Assembly (NCBI GenBank): GCA_031388325.1
Contig: JANNEE010000456.1
Coordinates: 1 to 26,082 of the forward strand
From: Deinococcales bacterium
GTDB lineage: Bacteria > Deinococcota > Deinococci > Deinococcales > JAAFIG01
Length of the DNA stretch: 26,082 bases
Direction: 5' to 3'
Part shown: piece after piece, positions 17,051-25,503 of the stretch
Numbering within the stretch: the first letter of the stretch is position 1
Layout of the letters: each line of letters opens with the position of its first letter
Made by a program: the position numbers and the translations under genes
The notes under the pieces: model-generated
Databases searched by the model: none
Told to the model about the DNA's origin: nothing
What the model saw: only the letters and a program-made list of their open reading frames with translations

Positions 17051-18022
17051 TTATTTTGGCTTTTGAATAAACACGGTGCTGAAGGCTTTTTTAATATCTT
17101 GGTCTTTTTTCAGGATACCAACGGCTTTCAGGGCTTTGTAGACTTCAGTCCAACGGCTAAGCTGCATTGTACCAAAACCGAATTTCTTGACTTGTCCGTC
17201 TTTGCCTGTGGCAAATGGAATCACGGCTTTACCGCTCCACGCAAGGAAGGCTGGGTTTAAGTCGCGATTATCCGCCGTTAAAGCATCGCCGTATTTGGCG
17301 GGGTTGGCAATGTACCGATTCCAACCTTCTTGGCTGGCAGACACCACCGCTTCTACGACTTTGCGATTTTTTTGGATGTACTCTTCGGTTGTGCCTAAAA
17401 CCCCATATGGGCTAAATCCAGAATCAGAAACCAGTAAGTAATCAATATCACCACCAGCTTCTTTGATGGTGTACGGTTCGGCAACCGCGTACCCTTGGCT
17501 AACCAGTTTTTTATTATTCAAGAAAGTTGCCACTTGTCCAGTATAATTGACTTGCTGGACCTTGCCTTGCAATTTGTACTTAGCCACGATGTAATCCCAG
17601 TATGGCGCACCTGGGGTAACAGCAACTTGGCGACCAGCTAGGTCAGCAAAGCCCTTAATCGGATTTTCTTTGTGGTACATCAGCACTTGTGGCGAGAGTT
17701 GTAAATCGGCAAAGACACCAACCACTGGTAGCCCCTCTTCTCGAGACTGCAAAATACCGCCTGTGTCCATTTGGGCAAAAGCCGCTTTACCGGTTGCCAC
17801 CAACTGATAGCCAGCTACGTTAGGACCACCGGGAATCAGTTTGACTTTGACTCCTCGAGCCTCATACAAACCATCTTGGACGGCTGCATAGTACCCACCG
17901 TGTGGCGGTTCGGCAAACCAATTAAGAATGATGCTGACTTCTGGCATTTTTTGTGCCGAAACCAAAGAAGCCACACCAACCGTTAAACCAGCGCCAAGCA
18001 GAACCAAACCTAATTTCTTCAT
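17051..18022 (-). CDS. ABC transporter substrate-binding protein, NMT1/THI5-like
   Basis: Signal peptide; 'LNWFAEPPHGGYYAAVQDGLYEARGVKV...GGP', 'LMYHKENPIKGFADLAG', 'QGYAVAEP'. Confidence 0.88.
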   Translation of the reverse strand: MKKLGLVLLGAGLTVGVASLVSAQKMPEVSIILNWFAEPPHGGYYAAVQDGLYEARGVKVKLIPGGPNVAGYQLVATGKAAFAQMDTGGILQSREEGLPVVGVFADLQLSPQVLMYHKENPIKGFADLAGRQVAVTPGAPYWDYIVAKYKLQGKVQQVNYTGQVATFLNNKKLVSQGYAVAEPYTIKEAGGDIDYLLVSDSGFSPYGVLGTTEEYIQKNRKVVEAVVSASQEGWNRYIANPAKYGDALTADNRDLNPAFLAWSGKAVIPFATGKDGQVKKFGFGTMQLSRWTEVYKALKAVGILKKDQDIKKAFSTVFIQKPK

Positions 18023-18069
18023 TATTTCCTCCAGCCCAAGGGGGCAACGTGGTGAGTTTTTTCTCGAGA

Positions 18070-18906
18070 CTAATTCTCATGCTGCACTGCTGATTCGTGC
18101 CAGTTTTTAAGTAACAAATGCCCAAAGAAATTGACCATTAAAAAAAAAGCAATTCCAAGTAAGGCAGCACTCAATGCCGAGGCGAATAAGTAACCGGTTT
18201 GCAGTCGAGCGCTGGTTTCGGCAATGATAATCCCCAGCCCACCCATGCCGCCGCCGCCAGCCCCTGCCATGTACTCACCAACGATTGTGCCAATCACGAC
18301 TTGGGCTGCGGCGATTCGCCAACCTGTGACCATGTAGGGCAGCGCAAACGGCAGGCGCAATTTGAATAGCGTTTGTGGCTTAGAAGCGCCGTAGAGCTTA
18401 AAGAGATTCTGTAAATTGTTTTCGACACTGATTAAACCTTGGGTGGTGTTTGCCACCACTGCAAAAATAGCAATAATTACGCTAATGGTGACAATACTAG
18501 CAAAACCAATATCAAACCAAATAATAATGATTGGCGCAATCGCAATCACGGGGGTGCTTTGCAACATGACCGCATAAGGGTACAAAGCTTTTTCGATAAA
18601 TTTGCTGCTCGAGAGTAAAAACGATAAGGCAGTACCCAGTACCATGACCACCAGAAACGCCACAAACGAAGCCTGAAAAGTAAACCAAGCCGAAGTCACT
18701 AGGCTCTCGCGGTGTTCGATAAAAGCACCAACCACACGAAGTGGACTGGGCAGAATATAAGGCTTAAGGTTGGCAATCGTAATAATACTTTGCCAAATGG
18801 TAATAAAAATTACAAAAGTAACCATTGGCGGGAATATCCGCTCGAGCCAAACAGGGATTTGCGTTTTGTTTTTTTGAACTCGAGCAATCGGTTTGGCTTC
18901 GGTCAT
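18070..18906 (-). CDS. ABC transporter permease (SsuC/TauC-like)
   Basis: 'YILPSP', 'QSTPVIAIAPIIIIWF', EAA-like loop 'LFKLYGASKPQTLFKLRLPFALP', 'GEY...GGLG'; GAGGTG RBS before ATG 18906. Confidence 0.92.
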   Translation of the reverse strand: MTEAKPIARVQKNKTQIPVWLERIFPPMVTFVIFITIWQSIITIANLKPYILPSPLRVVGAFIEHRESLVTSAWFTFQASFVAFLVVMVLGTALSFLLSSSKFIEKALYPYAVMLQSTPVIAIAPIIIIWFDIGFASIVTISVIIAIFAVVANTTQGLISVENNLQNLFKLYGASKPQTLFKLRLPFALPYMVTGWRIAAAQVVIGTIVGEYMAGAGGGGMGGLGIIIAETSARLQTGYLFASALSAALLGIAFFLMVNFFGHLLLKNWHESAVQHEN

Positions 18907-18926
18907 AGGATTCACCTCAAGGGGAG

Positions 18927-19706
18927 TTAATGGGTGTGGGCTAAAAGTTTCATGACCGAGTTTACACCTTGGGCAAATTCTGCTGTACCACGATGCTCAG
19001 ACATTCTTGGGTAAGGCGTGTCGAGCTTAAATTCATCCAAAATTCTGCCCGGACGAACACTCATCACGACAATTCGGCTGGATAAGAAAACCGCTTCAAA
19101 AACATTATGGGTCACAAAAATAATCGTGGCTTTGGTCAATTCGCGGACCTTCATCAGGTCGTCGTTAAGTTTCTGGCGGGTGATTTCATCAAGCGCCCCA
19201 AAGGGTTCATCCATTAAGAGCAAACGCGGTTTAGTGACCAAAGCCCTGGCAATCGAAACCCGCATTTTCATGCCGCCACTCAGTTCCCTTGGGAAGGCAT
19301 TGATAAAACCGCTCAGACCCACCATCTCGAGCGTCTCAGAGACCACAGAATTCCAACTGGCTTTTGGCAGCCGCATCAATTCGAGCGGCAATTCAACATT
19401 CTGGCGTACTGTGCGCCACGGCAAAAGCGTGGCTTCTTGAAAGACAAAACTCGATTGCCCTCGAGCTTGTAAGTCGCCTGGTTGCCGCCCATCAACGCTG
19501 ACCTCGCCAGCCGTGGCATCGCCCAGCCCAGCAATAATTCGCAACAGTGTACTTTTGCCGCAGCCCGAAGGTCCAACCAAGGACACAAACTCGTTCTCTT
19601 TGACCTCGAGACTCACGCCTTCTATCGCAATTGTGCCGTTAGCATATTGTTTATCTACGCCATGCGCCCGCACCAGTATTTTTGTGGGATTGATAATCGC
19701 GGTCAT
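18927..19706 (-). CDS. ABC transporter ATP-binding protein (SsuB/TauB-like)
   Basis: Walker A 'GPSGCGKST', signature 'LSGGMKMR', Walker B 'LLMDEPFGALD', 'FVTH'; AAGGA RBS before ATG 19706. Confidence 0.95.
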   Translation of the reverse strand: MTAIINPTKILVRAHGVDKQYANGTIAIEGVSLEVKENEFVSLVGPSGCGKSTLLRIIAGLGDATAGEVSVDGRQPGDLQARGQSSFVFQEATLLPWRTVRQNVELPLELMRLPKASWNSVVSETLEMVGLSGFINAFPRELSGGMKMRVSIARALVTKPRLLLMDEPFGALDEITRQKLNDDLMKVRELTKATIIFVTHNVFEAVFLSSRIVVMSVRPGRILDEFKLDTPYPRMSEHRGTAEFAQGVNSVMKLLAHTH

Positions 19707-19744
19707 GAATTCCTTTGGGTTAAAGAATAACAAAGATTTAACAA

Positions 19745-19774
19745 AATATAACGTTTTGATTTGCAAACTGTCAA
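19745..19774 (-). promoter_or_regulatory. Sigma70-type promoter for the transport/catabolic cluster
   Basis: Minus strand TTGACA (19774-19769), 18-nt spacer, TATATT (19750-19745), about 40 nt before the ATPase start. Confidence 0.65.
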
Positions 19775-19859
19775 GTAAAAAATTTGCAAATGTAAATGTT
19801 TCAAGGCACAATAGCCGCAAAAATCATATTATTCTCAAAAATTGTTCACCCAAAACTAG

Positions 19860-19888
19860 ACATATGTCAAAAAAACTTTGACATATGT
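19860..19888. promoter_or_regulatory. Perfect 12-5-12 inverted repeat, candidate operator
   Basis: ACATATGTCAAA-AAAAC-TTTGACATATGT in the divergent intergenic region. Confidence 0.6.
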
Positions 19889-19935
19889 TACCTGAGTTAC
19901 TATTTCGCCTATATTGTGCATTGTACAATATAACT

Positions 19936-20220
19936 ATGGTTATCGAATTCTTACGTTTTGAGGTAAGCCTTGAAAAACGAGCCGCTTTTCTAAAAGCCGA
20001 TGCTGCCATCTGGACAGCCGCCCTGAGTACCTACCCCGGGTTTATCAGCAAAGAAGTTTGGATTGACCAAGAAACGGAGCATGTCGTCACCATGATTCGC
20101 TGGGAAAGCCTGGAGCATTGGAAATCTATTCCCCAAGCCGACCTCGAGGCGATAGATGCCAAAATGGGCGAAAATTGGATGCCGATTGTTGAAGCTCGAG
20201 CCTTATTGCCAATTGTTTAG
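19936..20220 (+). CDS. Small dimeric alpha/beta-barrel (ABM-like) protein, TIGR03792-like
   Basis: 'MVIEFLRFEV...FLKADAAIWTAALSTYPGFISKEVW...IRWESLEHWKSIP'; TACAAT 6 nt before ATG 19936. Confidence 0.75.
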   Translation: MVIEFLRFEVSLEKRAAFLKADAAIWTAALSTYPGFISKEVWIDQETEHVVTMIRWESLEHWKSIPQADLEAIDAKMGENWMPIVEARALLPIV

Positions 20221-20535
20221 TTTCGGGCTGGAATTGCCCCTCGAGACTGAATTTTTTTGCAACAAGCGTCACAGTCTGCATTTCTTCTGGGTCAACAACT
20301 TGAGGTCGGTGAGTAGCACATCCACAAAAGGCAAAAGCTCAAGTGCGGCTTCTCGAGCTACACTACCGGCTCTGGTGATTGGAAAAATTTTAACAATTTC
20401 GCAGCCTGAGCTTAGAGCAGTAGGGGGTCTTATCATTTTGATTTCCATATCGAGTTTAACACGTGACTTGACCTCTGCAATTTGGTATACGCAATCGTTT
20501 ATCGGACTACTGTCAGGGTTCTGCTCAAACTCAAG

Positions 20536-22785
20536 CTATACGAGATGCAGATGGCGCTCTAAGACAAACCCAGATTTGGCAGGTAACTCGAGGCTTGCGG
20601 CGGTGATGTGTAGCAGAGTTAGGTCTGCACCGACTGCCAAGCGGATAATTGGCGCAGTCTTACTCGAGGGCAGTACAACCGTCTCGGGCGTATCAGAAAG
20701 ATTGACCAAGGTTATTATCTCGAGCGTGGCATGGCTGCGAATCATGCCAAAAACGTTTTCTGGAATTAATTCATCGGTCAGCCATTGAATGTTCATGCTT
20801 GCCCAGTCTCGAGTTGCGGCTTTTAGGGCATTAAAGTTTTGTAAAACCGTTTCGATACCTGTTTCACCACCAATAAACATCATGTATGGACCTGGCAAAG
20901 ACATAAAAATCAGGGTCAGTAATTGTGTGTGAGCCACGCTAAATTGTTCGCGTCGCCATTTTTGCCCCCAACTGGGCCACCAAAAGGTATCGTGTGAATC
21001 AATATGATGCGCCGTGATTGCGCCCTTTGGTAAAAACGCATCGCGGTCTTGAACCCAACGGGCTAAACCTCGAGCGCTCGAAACACTCCAAGGCTTGGTT
21101 TTAGATGGCTCAGAGATAGCCGTCACCAGCCACTGCTCGTCGTAATTATAATTTAAGTCCATTGAACGGCGCAGTAAAATTCCCGATGGCTCGGTGTACA
21201 TTAAAGCATCGGCTTTTACGGCTTTTAATTCGGGGCGTAAACGCTCAAACAACGGCACACACGCCAAACTCGATAAACTGGCGCGGTGGCGCGACCACTG
21301 CGCCCAGTTGGGAAAATCGTTATAGGTTGGTGCATCAAAACGAAAGCCATCTATCTGTAGTTCAGACAATAAAAACTTCATTGCAGCGATAAAATAATCT
21401 TGCCATTCGGGGTTTCGGGCATCAAAGGCTTTGGTGTAAATACCCGCAATCTTGCCGTTGGAATCCTTAAAAAACCAGTCTGGGTGCTGCTCGATTAAAG
21501 GCGAAATGGCTGGGCTACCGGTTTTCCAAAATGGTTCAAAGTCGATAATGTGCCGCGACCATGCCACCAAATAATCGCTCCACTCGCCAACATCGGCACT
21601 AAAACTGTCGGTGGTTTGGCTCGAGACGAGACCAGCATATGGTCCAGCCCGCACGCCGTCAGCCGCCGCCGCAATCGATTCTTGGTCAAGCACCCCGTGC
21701 AGCAGCACATCCAAAATAATTCGCAGCCCAAGCCGGTGGCACTCGAGAACCAGCGCTTTGATTTCTTGCAGGTTGCCAAACGAGGTCGTAATATCCCAAT
21801 AATCGTGGACGTTATAACTTGGGTAGGGCTGGCGTGGCATTAACTGAATAACGCTAAAACCAAGGGCAGCGATTCGCTCGAGGTCGGCGGTTAAATCGCT
21901 TACTTCTGGGTACGGGGCGTAACGATGATTGGGATAAAAAACCGAGAAACCAATCTGGGCTTCAAAAATACTGGCGCTGGCAATCCAAGTCGGCGGGTTA
22001 TCGGGTGTGCTATGACCGCCTAAGCGCAGCCAAGTCGCAAAGGTCTGGGGGAATGTTGCAAAATCTGGAACACGCCAATCAAAATCAAATAAGTCTATTT
22101 TGGCGTTTTGAACCAAACTTAAATCGGCAGCAAAATTGGTCGCAAGCTCGAGTGAAACTGTGTTTTTAAGGTCAGATTTAACGCGAATATCGGTGACCTC
22201 GAGTTCATGGCGCAACCACAACGCCGCCCTATAATGTCGTCCAGCCATGTGCAGCACTGCACTCGAGCCTCGCAAGCCACCAATTGCTGAGATTCCAGTC
22301 CAGGCGCTGACTGTACCAAAAGCCGTATCTCGAGCCATGCCATTTCCGGGCGCGTTCAGTCGCCAATCGTCGGGTTCAAAGATAAAATCGCCTGCTAGGC
22401 TGATGTTGCGAATCAATTGGGTTGAATTCGCATCGCCAACCACAACCAAGCGCATCGTCAGGGCTGGACCATGCCGCCGAAATAAGCACTCAAAATATGC
22501 AGCCGCCTCGCCAAGGCGAATTGGCACAGCACAAGCGTCTCCTTCAGCACTTGAAGACCAGACGGGCGCACCATTTGCCACCGTACCAGCCAGCGTGATT
22601 GCCGCTTGGTAATCTATCCCACCAGTCGCAGAACGAACTTCTGTGCCATCCAGCAACAAAGAAAGTTGTAGATTCTCGAGCCGTACTCGAGCCAACGGTT
22701 GTTGGCGCAAAAAAATTGCGCTTGGTAAACCCGTCTCTTGGTTCAACTCGAGGGCGTGTTGGTACTCCGGGTGTTGAATAATCAT
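20536..22785 (-). CDS. GH13 (alpha-amylase family) glycoside hydrolase with a long uncharacterised N-terminal region
   Basis: 'LGFSVIQLMP', 'YNVHDY', 'ILDVLLHG', 'DGFRFDAP' (nucleophile), 'YTEP' (acid/base), 'IDSHD'. ATG 22785 is coupled to the upstream stop (ATGA) and has a GAGG RBS. Confidence 0.85.
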   Translation of the reverse strand: MIIQHPEYQHALELNQETGLPSAIFLRQQPLARVRLENLQLSLLLDGTEVRSATGGIDYQAAITLAGTVANGAPVWSSSAEGDACAVPIRLGEAAAYFECLFRRHGPALTMRLVVVGDANSTQLIRNISLAGDFIFEPDDWRLNAPGNGMARDTAFGTVSAWTGISAIGGLRGSSAVLHMAGRHYRAALWLRHELEVTDIRVKSDLKNTVSLELATNFAADLSLVQNAKIDLFDFDWRVPDFATFPQTFATWLRLGGHSTPDNPPTWIASASIFEAQIGFSVFYPNHRYAPYPEVSDLTADLERIAALGFSVIQLMPRQPYPSYNVHDYWDITTSFGNLQEIKALVLECHRLGLRIILDVLLHGVLDQESIAAAADGVRAGPYAGLVSSQTTDSFSADVGEWSDYLVAWSRHIIDFEPFWKTGSPAISPLIEQHPDWFFKDSNGKIAGIYTKAFDARNPEWQDYFIAAMKFLLSELQIDGFRFDAPTYNDFPNWAQWSRHRASLSSLACVPLFERLRPELKAVKADALMYTEPSGILLRRSMDLNYNYDEQWLVTAISEPSKTKPWSVSSARGLARWVQDRDAFLPKGAITAHHIDSHDTFWWPSWGQKWRREQFSVAHTQLLTLIFMSLPGPYMMFIGGETGIETVLQNFNALKAATRDWASMNIQWLTDELIPENVFGMIRSHATLEIITLVNLSDTPETVVLPSSKTAPIIRLAVGADLTLLHITAASLELPAKSGFVLERHLHLV

Positions 22786-23702
22786 GCTGACCTCATAAGT
22801 AAGCGCCGTGCCAACAGACACGCGCCAAGGACGGGCGATAACTCTGGCTCGGTGATTTTGCAGTTTGGTAAGGCTTCTATAATCGCGCTTTGAATAAAAG
22901 GTTTTGCCCAACTGCTCGAGATTCCACCGACCAGCACAACTTCGGCTTGCTCGAGTTCGAGTTTTTTGGCAACCGCCACCACACATTCAGACAGTTGCTG
23001 CCAGCCACGATGTAGTAACTCGAGGGCGACCGTATCGCCTTGTCTGGCAAGCTCGAGGACAGGCGGAGCAAGCGCCGCGATTTCGGCTCGGGTCAAACCA
23101 GTCAGATACAAGCGGTGCAGCATTTGGTCTGGGTGCGTAATACCCAATAAGCCAAGCATCAGGTCGGTCAGCCCAGTTTTTGCCCCACGCCCATCAAAGG
23201 CACGCACTACTGCCATCAGGCTTTGCTTGCCAATGTCGTAGCCACTGCCTTCGTCGGAAATCAGCCACCCCCAGCCACCTGCCCGCCATGTTTGCCCAGC
23301 CGCATTGCGACCATAGCAACTCGAGCCAGTCCCAACAATCAAGACAATGCCTTCCCGCCCAGACAACCCGCCTGCCAAGGCAATGCGGCAATCGTGGTCA
23401 GCTTCGACAATTGGCGCTAAATCAAGGCGCTTGGCAATGCCATAAACCAACTCGCGGTCTTTGGGCGAAACAATACCAGCTAAGCCTAAAAAAGCCGATG
23501 CAAATGGTGCAAGCTCGAGTTGGGCGGCGGCTCGAGCCTCGGCAACAGCTTGGGCAATGTTTTGCCTGGCGGTCTCGATTCCTACGTCATCAATGTTAGA
23601 AGCCCCAGCTTGCCCAGAGCCAAGCACCAAGCCATCTGAATCGCAAATCGTGGCAAGGGTTTTTGTTCCGCCACCATCAATGCCAAGCACGAATTGCTTC
23701 AT
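22782..23702 (-). CDS. BadF/BadG/BcrA/BcrD-type sugar kinase (N-acetylglucosamine kinase-like)
   Basis: 'LGIDGGGTKT', 'FLGLAG', 'HDCRIALAG', 'IVGTGS', 'RAGGWGWLISDEGSGYDIG'. Confidence 0.9.
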   Translation of the reverse strand: MKQFVLGIDGGGTKTLATICDSDGLVLGSGQAGASNIDDVGIETARQNIAQAVAEARAAAQLELAPFASAFLGLAGIVSPKDRELVYGIAKRLDLAPIVEADHDCRIALAGGLSGREGIVLIVGTGSSCYGRNAAGQTWRAGGWGWLISDEGSGYDIGKQSLMAVVRAFDGRGAKTGLTDLMLGLLGITHPDQMLHRLYLTGLTRAEIAALAPPVLELARQGDTVALELLHRGWQQLSECVVAVAKKLELEQAEVVLVGGISSSWAKPFIQSAIIEALPNCKITEPELSPVLGACLLARRLLMRSA

Positions 23703-23724
23703 GCGCCCCCATGCAAGGTCTGGT

Positions 23725-25503
23725 TCATATCGCTGACTCGAGCGGGCGCACAAAAGCCCGAATCACTTTGGCTTCGCCAGCGCCTAGATTGGTTAATCGA
23801 TAAGACGTGGCGGCGGCTGGAATCACAAATGTTTCGGCATAATTAAAATGCTGGTGCAGACCATTTGCGGTCTCGAGCCGCACTGACGAGCCTTCAACCA
23901 AACACAGCACATGACAAGAATTTTCGGTCAATACCTCGAGGCTGCTGGTAAACTCGAGCCGTTCAATGTCGTAGAAATGGTTTGGATGGGTCGGTAGATG
24001 GATAATTCGCCAATTCAGACCCTCTTTAGCCACAACTGGTTTGGAAATCAGGGTTTGCGGCACGACTTCACCGCGCCGTGTAAAGTCAAGGTTTTCAAAA
24101 GCTCGAGCGATATTTAACGGTCTTGGTTTTCCGTCTAAATCTAAACGCAACCAGTCGTACATCTTAAAGGTAAAAATATAAGGTGTGGCACTGATTTCAA
24201 GTACGACGCTGCCCTCGCCAGAACAATGAATTGTACCATGTGGAATCAAAAATAAATCGTGTTTTTTGGCGGTATGGCGCTGTACAAATTTTTCGACTTC
24301 GAGTAGTGTGTTCTGCGCTTGGCTCTGCTCGAGGGCAACGCGAAACTCAAGTGGGTCAAGGTCGGCTTGGAAACCCAAGTAGACGGTCGCATTGTTATTT
24401 GCCTCGAGTATATAGTAGGTTTCGTCTTGAGTGAAGGTTTCGCCAAAATGCTGCTTGGCATAGCTTGGGCTAGGATGAACTTGCAGCGATAAATTGCCGC
24501 CCTGAACCGTGTCCAGCCAGTCAAAGCGAATTGGGAATTCAAAACCAAAACGGGCTGCCGCTTGCCCCAGCACTGCTTGGTGATTAAAAAACATTAAAAA
24601 ATCAAAAGAAACCTCGAGCATCACGCCGTTTGACTCGAACATCAGACCATTTTCTGGGGTAATTAATTCAAAGCTCCAAGCATAATTGGGCGCATCTTGA
24701 GGCAAATCTGGGACTTGTTTTTTAATCCACTGCCCGCCCCATGGACCTGGTTCAAACCAAGGGCGAACCCGAAAAAAATTGTGGGTCATGGTCTCGAGTG
24801 CTGCCCGAAAATCTGCGCCCTGCATTAACACGGGTTGGTCTGGACGCTGAGCATCAACGATTAGATTTAAGCTCGAAAGTAATTTAGCTTTATGCCGATT
24901 AAGCGCAATCCAATCAACAAAATACATTCGCTTATAGATGCTTTTGGCATCCTCGGTCAGACTCGAGCCAAGGTTAGAGACCCGTCCTGATCGAGCGCGA
25001 AATTGAATCTCATTTTTTGGTACATCCAAATAGACCAATAGCCCAGTCCAAGCCGCAAGTGCCGCCCCACAGCCATAAATCAGATTAAACCCAGCGCTTG
25101 GGTCTGGGCGCAAGGCAGACAGCTTGGTCATGTCAAAAAAATCCTCGAGTTGCCCAGTAAAACGCTTACCAAAAATTGGGTCGCTACCACCTAAAAATGG
25201 CTGTACTAAATTTTCAATTAGCTGGCTGTCAAACAAAGCCGTCTCGACGTTAATCCAGTTTGTTTTGATACCTCGAGCCTCGAGTACAGTGTTTAATTGC
25301 CACCGAAAATCCTGCCAGAAAACCCCGCCGTAGCCATCAATGGTCACAACCGAATGTTCTAAAAGCTGGTCGGCAAGCGCTTCAAAACCAAGCTCGATTT
25401 TGCCAGCCCCAAGCGCAAAAGCTGGGTACATATCGTACTGCCCTTTCGGTGTGGCTGGGTGCTGCACAGGCGCGAGTGTTTGCGTGGTTTTGCGCCAATT
25501 CAC
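23725..25503 (-). CDS. Class I mannose-6-phosphate isomerase family, long form with an extra N-terminal domain
   Basis: 'PGPWGG', 'FPIRFDWLDT..GGNLSLQVHP', 'TQDETYY', 'GTIHCSG', 'LEISATP', 'FKMYDW'. Confidence 0.85.
   Translation of the reverse strand: MNWRKTTQTLAPVQHPATPKGQYDMYPAFALGAGKIELGFEALADQLLEHSVVTIDGYGGVFWQDFRWQLNTVLEARGIKTNWINVETALFDSQLIENLVQPFLGGSDPIFGKRFTGQLEDFFDMTKLSALRPDPSAGFNLIYGCGAALAAWTGLLVYLDVPKNEIQFRARSGRVSNLGSSLTEDAKSIYKRMYFVDWIALNRHKAKLLSSLNLIVDAQRPDQPVLMQGADFRAALETMTHNFFRVRPWFEPGPWGGQWIKKQVPDLPQDAPNYAWSFELITPENGLMFESNGVMLEVSFDFLMFFNHQAVLGQAAARFGFEFPIRFDWLDTVQGGNLSLQVHPSPSYAKQHFGETFTQDETYYILEANNNATVYLGFQADLDPLEFRVALEQSQAQNTLLEVEKFVQRHTAKKHDLFLIPHGTIHCSGEGSVVLEISATPYIFTFKMYDWLRLDLDGKPRPLNIARAFENLDFTRRGEVVPQTLISKPVVAKEGLNWRIIHLPTHPNHFYDIERLEFTSSLEVLTENSCHVLCLVEGSSVRLETANGLHQHFNYAETFVIPAAATSYRLTNLGAGEAKVIRAFVRPLESAI

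Noticed and set aside
16501-17739. Longest CTCGAG-free stretch (about 1.24 kb) as a sign of recent foreign DNA
   Set aside because: With a mean spacing of about 180 bp and about 147 intervals, a rough Poisson estimate gives roughly a 1-in-8 chance of one such gap, so it is not significant; the flanking genes of the same cluster carry the motif.
19707-19820. N-terminal extensions given by the ORF track (ATPase from 19820; similarly btuF 6832, GH13 22986, kinase 23753, mqnC 6554, YbjN 3620, 19885 ORF)
   Set aside because: The extensions run through promoter or UTR DNA or overlap upstream genes; downstream starts have an RBS or leaderless -10 box and match family N-termini.
20156-20788. 210-aa plus-strand ORF, and other long shadow ORFs (1507-1986, 12859-13326, 19018-19440, 22247-22612, 23180-23599)
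   Set aside because: They are antisense or overlapping to well-supported genes, have low-complexity Ser/Ala/Arg-rich translations and show no family motifs.
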